A stretch of DNA of 60,597 nt from the NCBI GenBank assembly GCA_040326155.1, contig JBEQLE010000020.1:1-60597 (forward strand). Reading direction: 5' to 3'. The notes under the pieces were generated by a model. That model had not been told where the DNA came from. It saw nothing but the letters and a program-made list of their open reading frames with translations, and did no database searches. Source of the DNA: Leptospirales bacterium. Its GTDB lineage: Bacteria; Spirochaetota; Leptospiria; Turneriellales; JAOUFE01. Positions 1 to 10,313 of the stretch are shown here, in pieces; within the stretch, counting starts at the first letter, position 1, and every line of letters starts with the position of its first letter. The position numbers were made by a program, and so were the translations under genes.

Positions 1-102
1 GCGCTTATGTGGCTGAAAACTTTAATAATTAGAGCCAACTGGTCGTTTAAGAATATTATTTATTCTTTTTTACCATTCCGGATCGCCAAAAAAATATCGT
101 AT

Positions 103-221
103 GGGGTGACTTCGGCTCGTTTTATTACCATGCGCGGGCGCAGCCGCGCTTGGTAATAAAACAGCCAGAGTCAGGGGAAAGACGAAAAACCGCGCGGAGG
201 TTAAAACCTGCTTTCTCCCCC
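103..221 (+). repeat. Structured intergenic element E1 (G-run/hairpin/G-run/hairpin/C-run family)
   Basis: Long hairpin 107-173: TGAC..GGCT..GTTTTATTACCA..GCGCGG pairs with CCGCGC..TGGTAATAAAAC..AGCC..GTCA. It is followed by GGGGAAAG...CTTTCTCCCCC. Scaffold shared with 43967-44016 and 47406-47537. Confidence 0.7.
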
Positions 222-248
222 AAAATTAATTTTTGAGGCTAATTCAAA

Positions 249-677
249 TTGAAATTTCTTCTTGAAAATGTATTTCGTGTATCAGTAATGTTAACTATCT
301 TAATTAAACAGGAATACAAAGGGGAAAACAAACTCAATACAATTATTGTGACTCAAAAGTTTATGTCAGTGTACATGAAGACTGGAAAGTTTTTCTGGAA
401 GAGCCGTACAAGAAAAAAAGAAATTTTATTTCTAAACATGGACGCCAGGTTTTCTGGGGAGGACGACGACCTCCTTCCTGTATGTCCTGCCGAAAAACCT
501 ACCAGTTTAATAATGTTTACGTGCCTGCAATGCGGTGGTGCTTTGAAAATAACCGAAGCTACTCCGCGAATTTTGAGTTGTGAATATTGTTCTACCGATC
601 AATATATGCCTGACACATTATGGAAAACACTGCATCCTATTCCTAAAAAACGTGCCTGGTTTATTCGCTGGGCGTAG
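249..677 (+). CDS. Zinc-ribbon protein fragment, probably 5'-truncated (true start uncertain)
   Basis: C-terminal half has CLQCGG...CEYC zinc-ribbon motifs and ends LWKTLHP...WF; the N-terminal part looks non-coding-like. Confidence 0.45.
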   Translation: MKFLLENVFRVSVMLTILIKQEYKGENKLNTIIVTQKFMSVYMKTGKFFWKSRTRKKEILFLNMDARFSGEDDDLLPVCPAEKPTSLIMFTCLQCGGALKITEATPRILSCEYCSTDQYMPDTLWKTLHPIPKKRAWFIRWA

Positions 678-839
678 TTTTTCTGCCATAACAAATAAAA
701 CTTTCGTTGTACAAGAAGAGTAAAAAAATTCAACTGGGAAACGGTAGCAAAAAAGAAATTCATGAGGCTGGTAAGAAAATAATAGATTTGATTAAACATT
801 GACGCTGCACTTCGTTCAAAAAATGGTGAAAATGAGATC

Positions 840-1796
840 GTGGAAAAAACCGAAACAAAAACAGAGGTTCAACCTGAAGCTGAACATCAAGATAAAATTG
901 ATGCGGAAAAAACGGATGCAATAGCTGAAGAACTTCAGAAGCTCGATACAAAGAAAAAGCATAATCCATGGATGTCGTGGGGACTTTTTGGTTTGAGTGT
1001 TTTGACATTTTATTTTGTCGGGGCGTTGGTTCACAAAACAGCAGAGGTAGTTGTTATTGGACTGGTTATCTTGTTGCATGAGCTCGGTCATTATACAGCG
1101 ATGAAGTTATTTCATTTTAGAAATTTACGTATGTTGTTCATTCCTTTATTGGGAGGAGCGGTGTCGGGGGAACCTCAACAAGGCACGCAACCCTGGAAAC
1201 ATACCGTCGTGGCTTTGATGGGGCCGCTTCCGGGAATTTTAATCGGTCTTGCCACGTACCAGATTTTTTTATTAACCGGTTATAAACCATTTTATCTGTA
1301 CTCTCTTTTTTCGCTGGCGATTAACGGTTTTAATTTGTTGCCGATTTTCCCCCTGGATGGCGGTCATTACTGGGAGCAAATTCTGTTTTCGAAACATCCG
1401 GTTTCGGAAAATATTTTTCGTGTCGGTACTATTGGATTGTTATTGGTGATTGCTTTTTATGTGGGGTCGCCGTTATTAATTGGTTTTGCTCTGTTTTTTC
1501 TCATGGGTGCGTTTGCCGCCATTCAAACCGGTAAAATAGTCAACCGCATTCGAGCGCAGAAGTTACCGGTGCCGACTGCCGGTGAACCGATCGGGCAAGA
1601 ATTTATTGGGTATGTTTTGCAAAATATGGACACTTCAAAATGGACTACGCCAAAGAGTCTGGCGCGAATTGTCAAAGCCGTTCGCCAAAAATTTAACGTT
1701 GAAAAAATGCCGCTACGACAGACTCTGTTTTTTATTTGTTTTTATTTTGCTTTTACTGGAATAGTTTCCGTTTTTGCATATAAAATTCTGGTTTGA
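840..1796 (+). CDS. Site-2 protease (peptidase M50 family) membrane metalloprotease
   Basis: HELGH zinc motif, GP motif, FNLLPIFPLDGG motif, several TM helices. Confidence 0.9.
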   Translation: MEKTETKTEVQPEAEHQDKIDAEKTDAIAEELQKLDTKKKHNPWMSWGLFGLSVLTFYFVGALVHKTAEVVVIGLVILLHELGHYTAMKLFHFRNLRMLFIPLLGGAVSGEPQQGTQPWKHTVVALMGPLPGILIGLATYQIFLLTGYKPFYLYSLFSLAINGFNLLPIFPLDGGHYWEQILFSKHPVSENIFRVGTIGLLLVIAFYVGSPLLIGFALFFLMGAFAAIQTGKIVNRIRAQKLPVPTAGEPIGQEFIGYVLQNMDTSKWTTPKSLARIVKAVRQKFNVEKMPLRQTLFFICFYFAFTGIVSVFAYKILV

Positions 1797-1825
1797 AAAA
1801 GGTTTTATATAACGTTTATAATAAT

Positions 1826-2517
1826 ATGGCAAAAAAGATTAGATCGAAATATAAAAATTTTGACGTGACTATTGTGGTGGCAGGTCAAATGTAGCCCGTA
1901 GTTTTAACCTTGATCAAAACCTGAAATTTTTATTTGGTATTGAAAATGAATATAAGACGGCGCCTTTTGAGGATGGGTTTTTGCACTGTTTACTTGATTC
2001 CAAACTTGTTCCTGGTTATATCGCCTGGGTTATTCCGGGTGTGAAATCTTACCAGGTTGGTCTTGCCTGCACAAAATCCGAAGATGTGCGTATGAAGGCT
2101 TTTCTTGAAAAACTTTCGGATTGTTTCGGGTTTAGTGACGATTTAATTCTGGAAAAAAGAAGGGGTCTTATACCCGTTGGCGGACCTCTGAAGAACATTT
2201 CTGTGCAAGATCGGGTCATTTTAATCGGCGATAGCGCCGGGATGGTTTCGCCTCTTACCGGAGGCTTGCTTCACCGTAAAATCTCTGGTGAAAATGTCAA
2301 CGTTGCGCAACAGTTGCAAAAAGCCTTTCCCTCGTATTTCTGGAAAAGTCGTCTTCGAAGCCTAATGCGTTTACATCCTCCAGGTTTTTTGTATAATATA
2401 ATTCTGGGAACACCACTTCGTGGTTTCGCCCAGGCCATCTATTTTCACTCTCGTGGAATTTTCAACAGGCAGTTTTGGAAATATTTACCAAAAGTTTTTT
2501 CCCGGAAATCGCGGTAA
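1826..2517 (+). pseudogene. Degraded geranylgeranyl reductase-type FAD-dependent oxidoreductase
   Basis: ATG 1826 gives MAKKIRSKYKNFDVTIVVAGQM* (broken Rossmann start). Another frame continues GRSNVARSF...GYIAWVIP...VILIGDSAGMVSPLTGG. Internal deletion(s) and a frameshift are implied. Confidence 0.75.
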
Positions 2518-2673
2518 TATCACATTAGTAAAAGAGGGAAATCAGGCCGGCGAATTCCCAATGATTTTCGTCTAGTAAAGGTATAATATTCCGCGTGTTC
2601 GTTGTGCGGTATTCGACCGAAGTTGTTCCATGTTTTATCCCATTATTTTTTTTTAGTCTTTATTGCCACATTG

Positions 2674-2726
2674 TTTTTACATGGTTTCATAAAAAACAGC
2701 ATGTTTTTAATGAAACCATGTAAAAA
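2674..2726. promoter_or_regulatory. Inverted repeat with 25-bp arms upstream of the RHH-like gene (putative operator)
   Basis: TTTTTACATGGTTTCATAAAAAACA-gca-TGTTTTTAATGAAACCATGTAAAAA, 1 mismatch, 27 nt before the ATG at 2754. Confidence 0.65.
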
Positions 2727-2753
2727 AACACGATTTTCTCCTATTACACTAAT

Positions 2754-3314
2754 ATGTATAATAGAAATAGTCCATATGAAAAACTCGCGATTCAACCAGA
2801 TTATATTCTGGAAATTCGGTTGAAGCCAGAAATCTGGGAAAGAATTGTCGGCATTGCCGAGATGAAAAAACGAAGTTATTCGTGGGTGGTGCGGTATTGT
2901 TTGTTTCGATTTATTAAGCGAAAAGACCCGCGAAAGCATATAGGGTATTGTACATTTCTGTTTAAAAAAGGAAAATTTGAAAAAGTACATGAGCTGGCTA
3001 AACAATATCCCGGTTTGGACGATTTGCACCGTCACAAACTTTGTTTGTACGGCGAGGACGAACTTTTTATTCGCATAACAGCGGCTTTAATGTGCTGCAC
3101 CATGACTCACCTGGTGCGAATGGCTCTCGAATGGAACATAGATGAGCTGGAGAAGGAGACCTACATCAGGTTGTCCAGGTTTCGCAAGGGGTTTCATGCG
3201 AACGCTTTCTACTGGATGGGCATTAAATTGTACGAAGATGTCGTTTTACCCACCATGGGCTGTAAACACAAGGACTTCCGCCTGGAACGCTTCCACCAGC
3301 TCGATTACTGGTAA
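2754..3314 (+). CDS. Tandem ribbon-helix-helix-like DNA-binding protein (DUF1564-like)
   Basis: Two RHH-like segments: LEIRLKPEIWERIVGIAEMKKRSYSWVVRYCL and HKLCLYGEDELFIRITAALMCCTMTHLVRMALE. Confidence 0.6.
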   Translation: MYNRNSPYEKLAIQPDYILEIRLKPEIWERIVGIAEMKKRSYSWVVRYCLFRFIKRKDPRKHIGYCTFLFKKGKFEKVHELAKQYPGLDDLHRHKLCLYGEDELFIRITAALMCCTMTHLVRMALEWNIDELEKETYIRLSRFRKGFHANAFYWMGIKLYEDVVLPTMGCKHKDFRLERFHQLDYW

Positions 3315-3417
3315 TACACCCATAACTGAAGCTACAAAGCCATTTTTTCCCTTTTTGCTCATCAACTTTTTATCGAATTCGGTTTACAAAATATCATAGG
3401 TTGCACAATAGTGGCAT

Positions 3418-4446
3418 ATGGGTGATAAAGAAAACGAGAACGAAAATAAGCAAGAGAACACTGATCAAGATGACGCAAATTTGATAGAGAATACCGAAAA
3501 CAAGGACGCAGAGAACACTGGAAAAGTTTACCAGATGCTCTGGGACTGTGAATATTGCGGAACCAAAGGGTTACTTGGTAAAGATCACCGGTTTTGCCCC
3601 GCCTGCGGTTCTAAGCAAAACCCAGACAAAAGGTATTTTCCAGATGAAGACTCAAAAGTTGAAGTCGTCAATGATGACTATATTGGGGCAGATAAAACAT
3701 GTCCAGCTTGTAATGGAGCAACTTCTGCAGCCTCAACCCACTGTCCAGGCTGCGGTTCTCCGCTTGAGGGAGCTTCCGAAGTTTCCAAAAAAACCGACCC
3801 GGCTTTAGCCGAACAAACTACCGATCAGGCAGCTCCCAAAGAGGGCTCGAAAAAGAAAATGGGCATTTTGGCTGGAATTGGAATACTGGTTCTAGTTGGG
3901 ATTTTTGCTACACTTGCACTAATAAAAAAAGATATTAACGTTATTGTCACGAAACACCAATGGAAAACTTCGGTAAAAATTGAGAAGTTCAAACAGAGTG
4001 AAAAAGAGGGAGAGTGCTCTTCTAAACCATCCAATGCAAAAAATGTAGTTGATTATGGTGAAAAACAGGTAAATTGCCGTAAAGAAAAAGTTGATCGTGG
4101 TGACGGAACCTTTAAAGAGAAAAACGTTTGTGATACCGAACACCGTTGCGCCTACACTGTAGAGAAATGGGAACTCGACGATACCAAAACAAAAACCGGA
4201 GGACTAAGCGATACAGTCATTTACCCAGCCGTTTATGTTACCGGTGGGACCTGTATTGGTTGTACCCGTGAAGGAACACGAAGTGTCACTTACAAGGTTC
4301 ATCTGAAATCTACAGATGATACCGATGACGATTTCACCTGTGGTTATAGCAAGCCGGAAAGCTGGAAAATGCTGGAAGATGGCAGTACGTATAAGGCAAA
4401 AGTGAATTTACTGGGTTCATTGGATTGTGATGACATTCATAATTGA
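3418..4446 (+). CDS. Double zinc-ribbon membrane-anchored protein with Cys-rich extracytoplasmic domain
   Basis: CEYC, CPAC, CPAC, CPGC pairs; one TM helix; Cys-rich C-terminal domain. Confidence 0.75.
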   Translation: MGDKENENENKQENTDQDDANLIENTENKDAENTGKVYQMLWDCEYCGTKGLLGKDHRFCPACGSKQNPDKRYFPDEDSKVEVVNDDYIGADKTCPACNGATSAASTHCPGCGSPLEGASEVSKKTDPALAEQTTDQAAPKEGSKKKMGILAGIGILVLVGIFATLALIKKDINVIVTKHQWKTSVKIEKFKQSEKEGECSSKPSNAKNVVDYGEKQVNCRKEKVDRGDGTFKEKNVCDTEHRCAYTVEKWELDDTKTKTGGLSDTVIYPAVYVTGGTCIGCTREGTRSVTYKVHLKSTDDTDDDFTCGYSKPESWKMLEDGSTYKAKVNLLGSLDCDDIHN

Positions 4447-4587
4447 GCGAATAATCATTATTATATAGTAAGGAGTATTTTGTCAAAGATAACCCTTTGA
4501 TGAAAATTAAAGTGTAATTTGCAATAAATTTGTTAATTTCTTTACGCTATACGTACCTTTTTATTGTTGAGGTTTTTGCAAATACCG

Positions 4588-7500
4588 ATGAAAGCACAAA
4601 CGCCATTTAAAAATCGTATACTTATTATCACTTTGCTTACCACTCTTGTGATAGTATTTTCGTCAGTTTATGTTTTTGTTCTTTATGTACACATGATTCA
4701 AACCCAGAAAACATGGGTTCAATTTACAGATACCGAAGCGAAGATTTTTTCACACTTGAGCGCGATTCGATCCGATATGGGTTATGGCGGGTTTATTCAT
4801 AATTTTAAAAATTATGTATTAAGAAAAGATACAAAAATATTACCCCTTTTACATCGTAATATTGAAAATATACAAAAAAATATTGCCGAGTATGAAAAAT
4901 TTAATCTATCTACCGAAGAAAAATTGGCTCTTGGTGATTTAAAGCAGGTACTCAATACTTATATTCAAAATGTTGAATTGGTCACAAATTCAATTCGAGA
5001 TGGCCTCTCCTCCGCCCGCATTGATCGACTTGTAAGAGTCGATGATCAACCCGCGATTTTAGCTTTAGATAAATTACTAGATTCAAATCTGGGTAGACTG
5101 GAAAAAAGTCAATCCATTACCGGTGAGGCATTAAAAACAACTCTAGCTTACCTGTTCTCAGGTTTTGCGATTATCCCGATTGTTGGGTTATACGCCGGTT
5201 ATATTATTGTACTGTTTAGATACCTTCGAAAGACAAACCGTGATCTATTAGCCGCCCAAAATTATCTTGATTCTATATTTAACTCGGCCCCCGATGCTAT
5301 GGTCTCCGTAAATGAAATGGGGTTTGTTGTCAAAGCGAATGACCAGGCCGCAAAATTATTTCAAAATAAAAATCTGGTTGGTCAAAAAATCGACACTCTT
5401 TTACCCGCGTCTTTGCAACAAGGGCATGCAGGTAGACGAGCAGACTTTCATCTTCATCTGGAAGTTCGCCCTATGGGTAAGGGCAAAAAATTAAAAGCTC
5501 TTACTGCTACAGGTGAGGAAATTGCAGTTGAAATACGGCTAAGTCAGATCCTTGAGGGAGGAGAGATCTTTGCCATTGCGACAATTCGTGATATGAGTGA
5601 GGCTGTTGAGTTTGAAAACCAGAGAAAAAAGAATGAAGAACGTTTAAAAGCATCTCAGGAAATCGCCCATGTAGGTACCTGGGATTGGAATATTGTAGAT
5701 AACACACTTGTATGGTCAGACGAAATTTATCGAATTTTCGGTTACAAAATCGGTTTTTTTAAACCCGATTACGAAGATTTTGTAAAAACAATATACCCTG
5801 AAGATCGAGACCTTGTTACCGAGGCTGTCAATAATGCCGTAACCAAACAAATTCCGTATGACATTGAACACCGAGTCGTTCGACCAGACGGTGATATTCG
5901 GCATGTTCATGAGATGGGACAGGTCTACTATAATGAACATAAACAGCCAATACGTATGATTGGAGTTGTACATGACATTACCCCGAGAGTAAAAGCGCAA
6001 TCAGAAATTATTGAAGCAAAGCAGGAAGCCGAACGCGCCAATCGCAGCAAAAGTGAATTTCTGGCAAATATAAGCCATGAAATTCGTACTCCCATGAACG
6101 CGATTATGGGAAGTTCTTATCTTTTACAAAAAACAAATGTATCGAAAACGCAAAGTGAATATTTAAGTACGCTGTCTACTTCTGCGGATACACTTTTAGC
6201 ACTTATAAATGATGTACTTGATCTTTCCAAAATTGAATCAGGCAAGCTTACCCTGGAACATATTGAGTTTGACGTAGTCGATGTATTGTCAGAAGTCAGC
6301 GCCATTACCGGATTCAGCACCGTCGATAAACCTGTTGAAATTATTTTTTCCATCGCGTACGATGTACCTGTGCGTCTTATGGGAGACCCTCTCCGATTTA
6401 AACAAATTTTAATAAACCTACTGAGTAATGCCGTAAAATTTACCCGGAAGGGGGAAATTATAATAGAAATACAACGTCTTCCTGATTCGTCTGAAAATAA
6501 ATCGAACACTTTTTTAAAGGTATCCGTTTCAGATACGGGAATTGGCATCGAACCCAAAATTATAGATAAACTATTTAAGGCTTTTTCTCAGGCTGATACT
6601 TCTACGACTCGTCAGTTCGGTGGAACAGGTTTAGGATTGTCTATTACCCAATATCTTGTTAAAATGATGGGGGGGACAATCGAAGTAGAAAGTGAGCCAG
6701 GTACGGGTAGCGTTTTTACTTTTACCGCAGGCTTTGAAACAGTGGAGCCATTGAAAATTATCAGAGATTATGCTGATGCGAAGGCTTTTTCTGGCCGCCG
6801 TGTTCTCGTCGTTGATGATAATTTAATTACACGTGAAGTTATCGGTAAATTATTATCCACACTGGATCTTGAAATAGATTTTGCCGCAACAGGTAAAGAA
6901 GCCTATAAAAAAGTTCAACAATCTTCTTTGCCATATGATATTATTATACTCGATTGGCAAATGCCGGGTTGGGATGGAATAAAAACTGCAAATGAAATTA
7001 GCACTCTGAACAATGGAGAGCCGGTTGTATTACTCATTAGTGGATACGATATCTCAGAAGTCTATGATCAGGCTATAGCGGCTGGTATATCTTCCATATT
7101 GACAAAACCAGTTGATACATATAAACTGATTGAAAATTTAAATTCAATACTTAGCGGAAAACCCTCTATAATTAAGAAAAGATCCCAAAGTGATCTAGAA
7201 ATAGAGCTCGGAAAACTTGATTTTTCTCAAGTTCGAATATTGCTTGTAGAAGACAATGAAATCAATAAAAAAATTGCTCTGGCTATTTTGAAAGAGCAGG
7301 TTGGTCATGTAGAGTCCGTCCAAAATGGACTTGAAGCGGTCGAAGTAGTATTACAATCAGGCAAAGAGTTTGACTTGATTTTAATGGATTTACAAATGCC
7401 CGTAATGGATGGTTTTGAAGCGGCGCGACAAATATCATCGCAGAAAAAAATACCAATATTGGCTTTAAGCGCAAATGTGTTGGTGGAAGATATTGAAAAG

Positions 7501-8253
7501 GCAAAAGCTGCGGGAATGCCCGATTCGATCTCAAAACCGGTGAATCCATATGACCTTTTTCAGAAAATAGCAAAGTGGGCAAAAGTTCCCAAAAAACAGG
7601 GAGAGGTTGCAACCAAGAAAAACCCCAAAGGCATTAAGAAAAAGACAATCTGGGGATTAACACATCTAAACGAACAAGAGTTAATGCAAAGGATAGGAAA
7701 CGATTCAGTTTTAGCTGAAAATCTTTTTACGGATTTTTTCCAGACACGGTCGGGACAGTCCAAAGAATTTCACAAAACATTTGATAATGAAAATTATAGT
7801 GAGTTTAAAAAACAAATTCATACGTTTAAAGGAGAAACAGGCAATCTCTCCATGACGGTATTGAACGACATTTCCGGTAAAATTGAAAAGCATCTCGGCC
7901 TCAATGAAGTGGAAACCGTAAAAGATTTACTTTTGTTATTAGAAACAGAACTAAATGAAGTATTGAATGAGCTGAAGGAAAAAGTATTTGTAAAAACGAG
8001 TCCATCGCACAAGCGTAAAGAGCCCGAGAAAAAAACGGACCTGGCTGAAATTATTTCAGAATTGTTGCCACTCGTGCAGTCAAATAATATGATCACACTG
8101 GATAAAGTACATGCACTAAGAGATTGTGGCGATGTGAGCAAAAAGCAGGAAAAGCTTATTGAAACGGTAATTCAAAAAGTAATGGATTTGGATTTTGAAG
8201 GTTCCGGTAAAGTTTTATTGAAATTACAAAAAAATATGGGTGGGAAGAAATGA
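4588..8253 (+). CDS. Hybrid sensor histidine kinase (periplasmic sensor-PAS-PAS-HisKA-HATPase-REC-REC-HPt)
   Basis: FLANISHEIRTPMNAI H-box, NLLSNAVKFT, DTGIG, GGTGLGL, two REC domains (LDWQMP, MDLQMP), HTFKG HPt. Confidence 0.95.
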   Translation: MKAQTPFKNRILIITLLTTLVIVFSSVYVFVLYVHMIQTQKTWVQFTDTEAKIFSHLSAIRSDMGYGGFIHNFKNYVLRKDTKILPLLHRNIENIQKNIAEYEKFNLSTEEKLALGDLKQVLNTYIQNVELVTNSIRDGLSSARIDRLVRVDDQPAILALDKLLDSNLGRLEKSQSITGEALKTTLAYLFSGFAIIPIVGLYAGYIIVLFRYLRKTNRDLLAAQNYLDSIFNSAPDAMVSVNEMGFVVKANDQAAKLFQNKNLVGQKIDTLLPASLQQGHAGRRADFHLHLEVRPMGKGKKLKALTATGEEIAVEIRLSQILEGGEIFAIATIRDMSEAVEFENQRKKNEERLKASQEIAHVGTWDWNIVDNTLVWSDEIYRIFGYKIGFFKPDYEDFVKTIYPEDRDLVTEAVNNAVTKQIPYDIEHRVVRPDGDIRHVHEMGQVYYNEHKQPIRMIGVVHDITPRVKAQSEIIEAKQEAERANRSKSEFLANISHEIRTPMNAIMGSSYLLQKTNVSKTQSEYLSTLSTSADTLLALINDVLDLSKIESGKLTLEHIEFDVVDVLSEVSAITGFSTVDKPVEIIFSIAYDVPVRLMGDPLRFKQILINLLSNAVKFTRKGEIIIEIQRLPDSSENKSNTFLKVSVSDTGIGIEPKIIDKLFKAFSQADTSTTRQFGGTGLGLSITQYLVKMMGGTIEVESEPGTGSVFTFTAGFETVEPLKIIRDYADAKAFSGRRVLVVDDNLITREVIGKLLSTLDLEIDFAATGKEAYKKVQQSSLPYDIIILDWQMPGWDGIKTANEISTLNNGEPVVLLISGYDISEVYDQAIAAGISSILTKPVDTYKLIENLNSILSGKPSIIKKRSQSDLEIELGKLDFSQVRILLVEDNEINKKIALAILKEQVGHVESVQNGLEAVEVVLQSGKEFDLILMDLQMPVMDGFEAARQISSQKKIPILALSANVLVEDIEKAKAAGMPDSISKPVNPYDLFQKIAKWAKVPKKQGEVATKKNPKGIKKKTIWGLTHLNEQELMQRIGNDSVLAENLFTDFFQTRSGQSKEFHKTFDNENYSEFKKQIHTFKGETGNLSMTVLNDISGKIEKHLGLNEVETVKDLLLLLETELNEVLNELKEKVFVKTSPSHKRKEPEKKTDLAEIISELLPLVQSNNMITLDKVHALRDCGDVSKKQEKLIETVIQKVMDLDFEGSGKVLLKLQKNMGGKK

Positions 8254-9161
8254 GTAAAGATAGATCAAAAATATTAATTGTTGATGATGCGACTACGAAC
8301 ATCAAAGTATTACGGACAATTCTGGCGGATGATTATGAAATATATTTTACACGTGAAAGTGTGAAGGTAAAGGAAATTGCCAAGGCTCGAGATATTGATC
8401 TAATCTTGCTGGATATTGTAATGCCTGACATGGATGGTTACCAGGTGTGCGCAGATTTAAAATCTGATTTTGAAACAGTTAATATTCCTGTAATTTTTGT
8501 AACTGGCAAAAGTAATACTGAAGATGAAGAAAAAGGACTTAAAGCGGGGGCTATCGATTATATCACAAAACCTTTTAGCGCTCCCATTGTAAAAGCAAGA
8601 GTGAAAAATCAAATTAAATTGAAAGCTTATCATGACCAGCTCGCAGATATATCGCTTCGCGATGGTTTAACAGGTTTATATAATAAAAGAAAACTGAATG
8701 AGGTCTTGATTAAAGAATGGGGAAGAGCGTTTCGGGAGGGCTCTTCTATATCGATTGTAATTATTGATATAGATTATTTTAAAAAATATAATGACACGTA
8801 TGGTCACCTGAAAGGCGATAGTTGTCTTTGCGATGTAGCTACGGCAATTTCTGACTCCATACATCGACCTACCGATGTAGTGGTCAGATTTGGCGGCGAA
8901 GAGTTTCTTTGTGTCTTTTCCGGAACTGATGTTGCAGGGGCCGAAGCGGTGGCGCAAAAAATTCGCAAGAATGTGAGCGCCTTAAAGATACCTCACAAGA
9001 GTTCAGATGTCAGTAAATTTGTTACGGTTTCACTCGGAGTCTGCGGGGTAAAGCAGGTTACAGAACTTCATCCTACAGAAATTATAATGGAAAAAGCTGA
9101 TGAAATGCTATACCAGGCAAAAGAGAGTGGAAGAAATAAAATTTGTACCGTATCCATATAA
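8250..9161 (+). CDS. Response regulator diguanylate cyclase (REC-GGDEF)
   Basis: LLDIVMP REC domain, DGLTGLYN, RPTD I-site, RFGGEEF; overlaps the kinase stop (ATGA). Confidence 0.95.
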   Translation: MSKDRSKILIVDDATTNIKVLRTILADDYEIYFTRESVKVKEIAKARDIDLILLDIVMPDMDGYQVCADLKSDFETVNIPVIFVTGKSNTEDEEKGLKAGAIDYITKPFSAPIVKARVKNQIKLKAYHDQLADISLRDGLTGLYNKRKLNEVLIKEWGRAFREGSSISIVIIDIDYFKKYNDTYGHLKGDSCLCDVATAISDSIHRPTDVVVRFGGEEFLCVFSGTDVAGAEAVAQKIRKNVSALKIPHKSSDVSKFVTVSLGVCGVKQVTELHPTEIIMEKADEMLYQAKESGRNKICTVSI

Positions 9162-9218
9162 AGTTACCCCTGCATTCAATGACGAAGTGCAATTTTTATA
9201 AATTATTTCCCGCCATTT

Positions 9219-10280
9219 CTATTTTTTTACTTCGTGAATTAAAATATCCTGATATTTTTCAGACTCTTCCAGATGTACAAAATGAGCTGAGCTTTCGAAA
9301 CTATAAAAATGTTTTCCCGCTTTTGCCTTTACTTTTTCATAGTACTCATGGGCCAGAGCATATGGTGTAATTAAATCGTCTCTGCCTGCGCATATATACA
9401 ATGGAATATTAATTTCGGGAACTTCTTTTAAAAGATTGTGTGCGTAATATTCTGGTATGGAAGCCCCCCAGGTTGTGGTAAGCGCTTCAACGGTCATTCG
9501 GTAATCATTCAATTCATAATAGGGTGAAGGTATGCCTTTGTCGTAAAGCCAGGGTTCGACCGGCCCATTGTGTATTCCCCCTCCCAGCAGATTTACGAAA
9601 ATTCCAAGTTCATCAATATCCTTTTGGGTTTTATAGGGCGGTGGACCGAGCTCCACTATACTTTCTTTATATTGTGAATATTGGGGAAGCTTAGCTCGTT
9701 CTAATAGTTCCGTGTATGCATATTTGTCCGAGTCGTTCAAGTCGAGTACCAGACTGATTGCAACAAATGCATGGAATAGTTCGGGGCGTCTTTGGGCTAC
9801 CAGAATGCCCAGAGTTGTTCCCCAGGAATGGCCCGCTGCGTAGACTTTCGCGACGTTGAATTTATTTTTTAAATACTCAATTAGAAACACAGTGTCGTTA
9901 ATATAGTCTTCAAATTGCATTCTCTCCGGGTTCGGAGTTTGAGAATATGTTTTTCCCGCTCCTCTTTGATCCCAATAGACCATAACAAAATGTTTTTCGA
10001 GTTCTTTGTTATGATGCATAAAAGGAATTTCGGTAAACCCGGGACCACCGGACAAAAACAAAAATACCGGATTGTTTTTATCTTCAGAGCGAATTAAAAC
10101 CCATTGCTTTAAACCATTGATTTCAATTTCACCGTACTCTTCAATACCATTGGCTGATTTAATTTCGAGTGTATCTTCCATCTGGGACTGAGCGTATTCG
10201 TATAGCAAAAAAGGAGATGCGATCAAAATTAATAATCCTGCGATACTGAATTTAAAAAATTTACTTTTAAAAAATTTCAT
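9219..10280 (-). CDS. Alpha/beta hydrolase (proline iminopeptidase-like) with N-terminal anchor
   Basis: SGGPG, WDQRGAGKT, GHSWG nucleophile elbow, SAHF catalytic His. Confidence 0.88.
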   Translation of the reverse strand: MKFFKSKFFKFSIAGLLILIASPFLLYEYAQSQMEDTLEIKSANGIEEYGEIEINGLKQWVLIRSEDKNNPVFLFLSGGPGFTEIPFMHHNKELEKHFVMVYWDQRGAGKTYSQTPNPERMQFEDYINDTVFLIEYLKNKFNVAKVYAAGHSWGTTLGILVAQRRPELFHAFVAISLVLDLNDSDKYAYTELLERAKLPQYSQYKESIVELGPPPYKTQKDIDELGIFVNLLGGGIHNGPVEPWLYDKGIPSPYYELNDYRMTVEALTTTWGASIPEYYAHNLLKEVPEINIPLYICAGRDDLITPYALAHEYYEKVKAKAGKHFYSFESSAHFVHLEESEKYQDILIHEVKK

Positions 10281-10313
10281 GGTTATCTCCGGCAACTGTT
10301 TTCGGTAAAGAAG

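Noticed and set aside
107..173. Hairpin as an integron attC site
   Set aside because: No RYYYAAC/GTTRRRY core ends, no cassette array and no integrase.
2643..3035. ORFs 2602-2823(+) and 2643-3035(-) sharing FLHGFIKN...MKPCK
   Set aside because: The peptide similarity is an artefact of reading the DNA palindrome on both strands.
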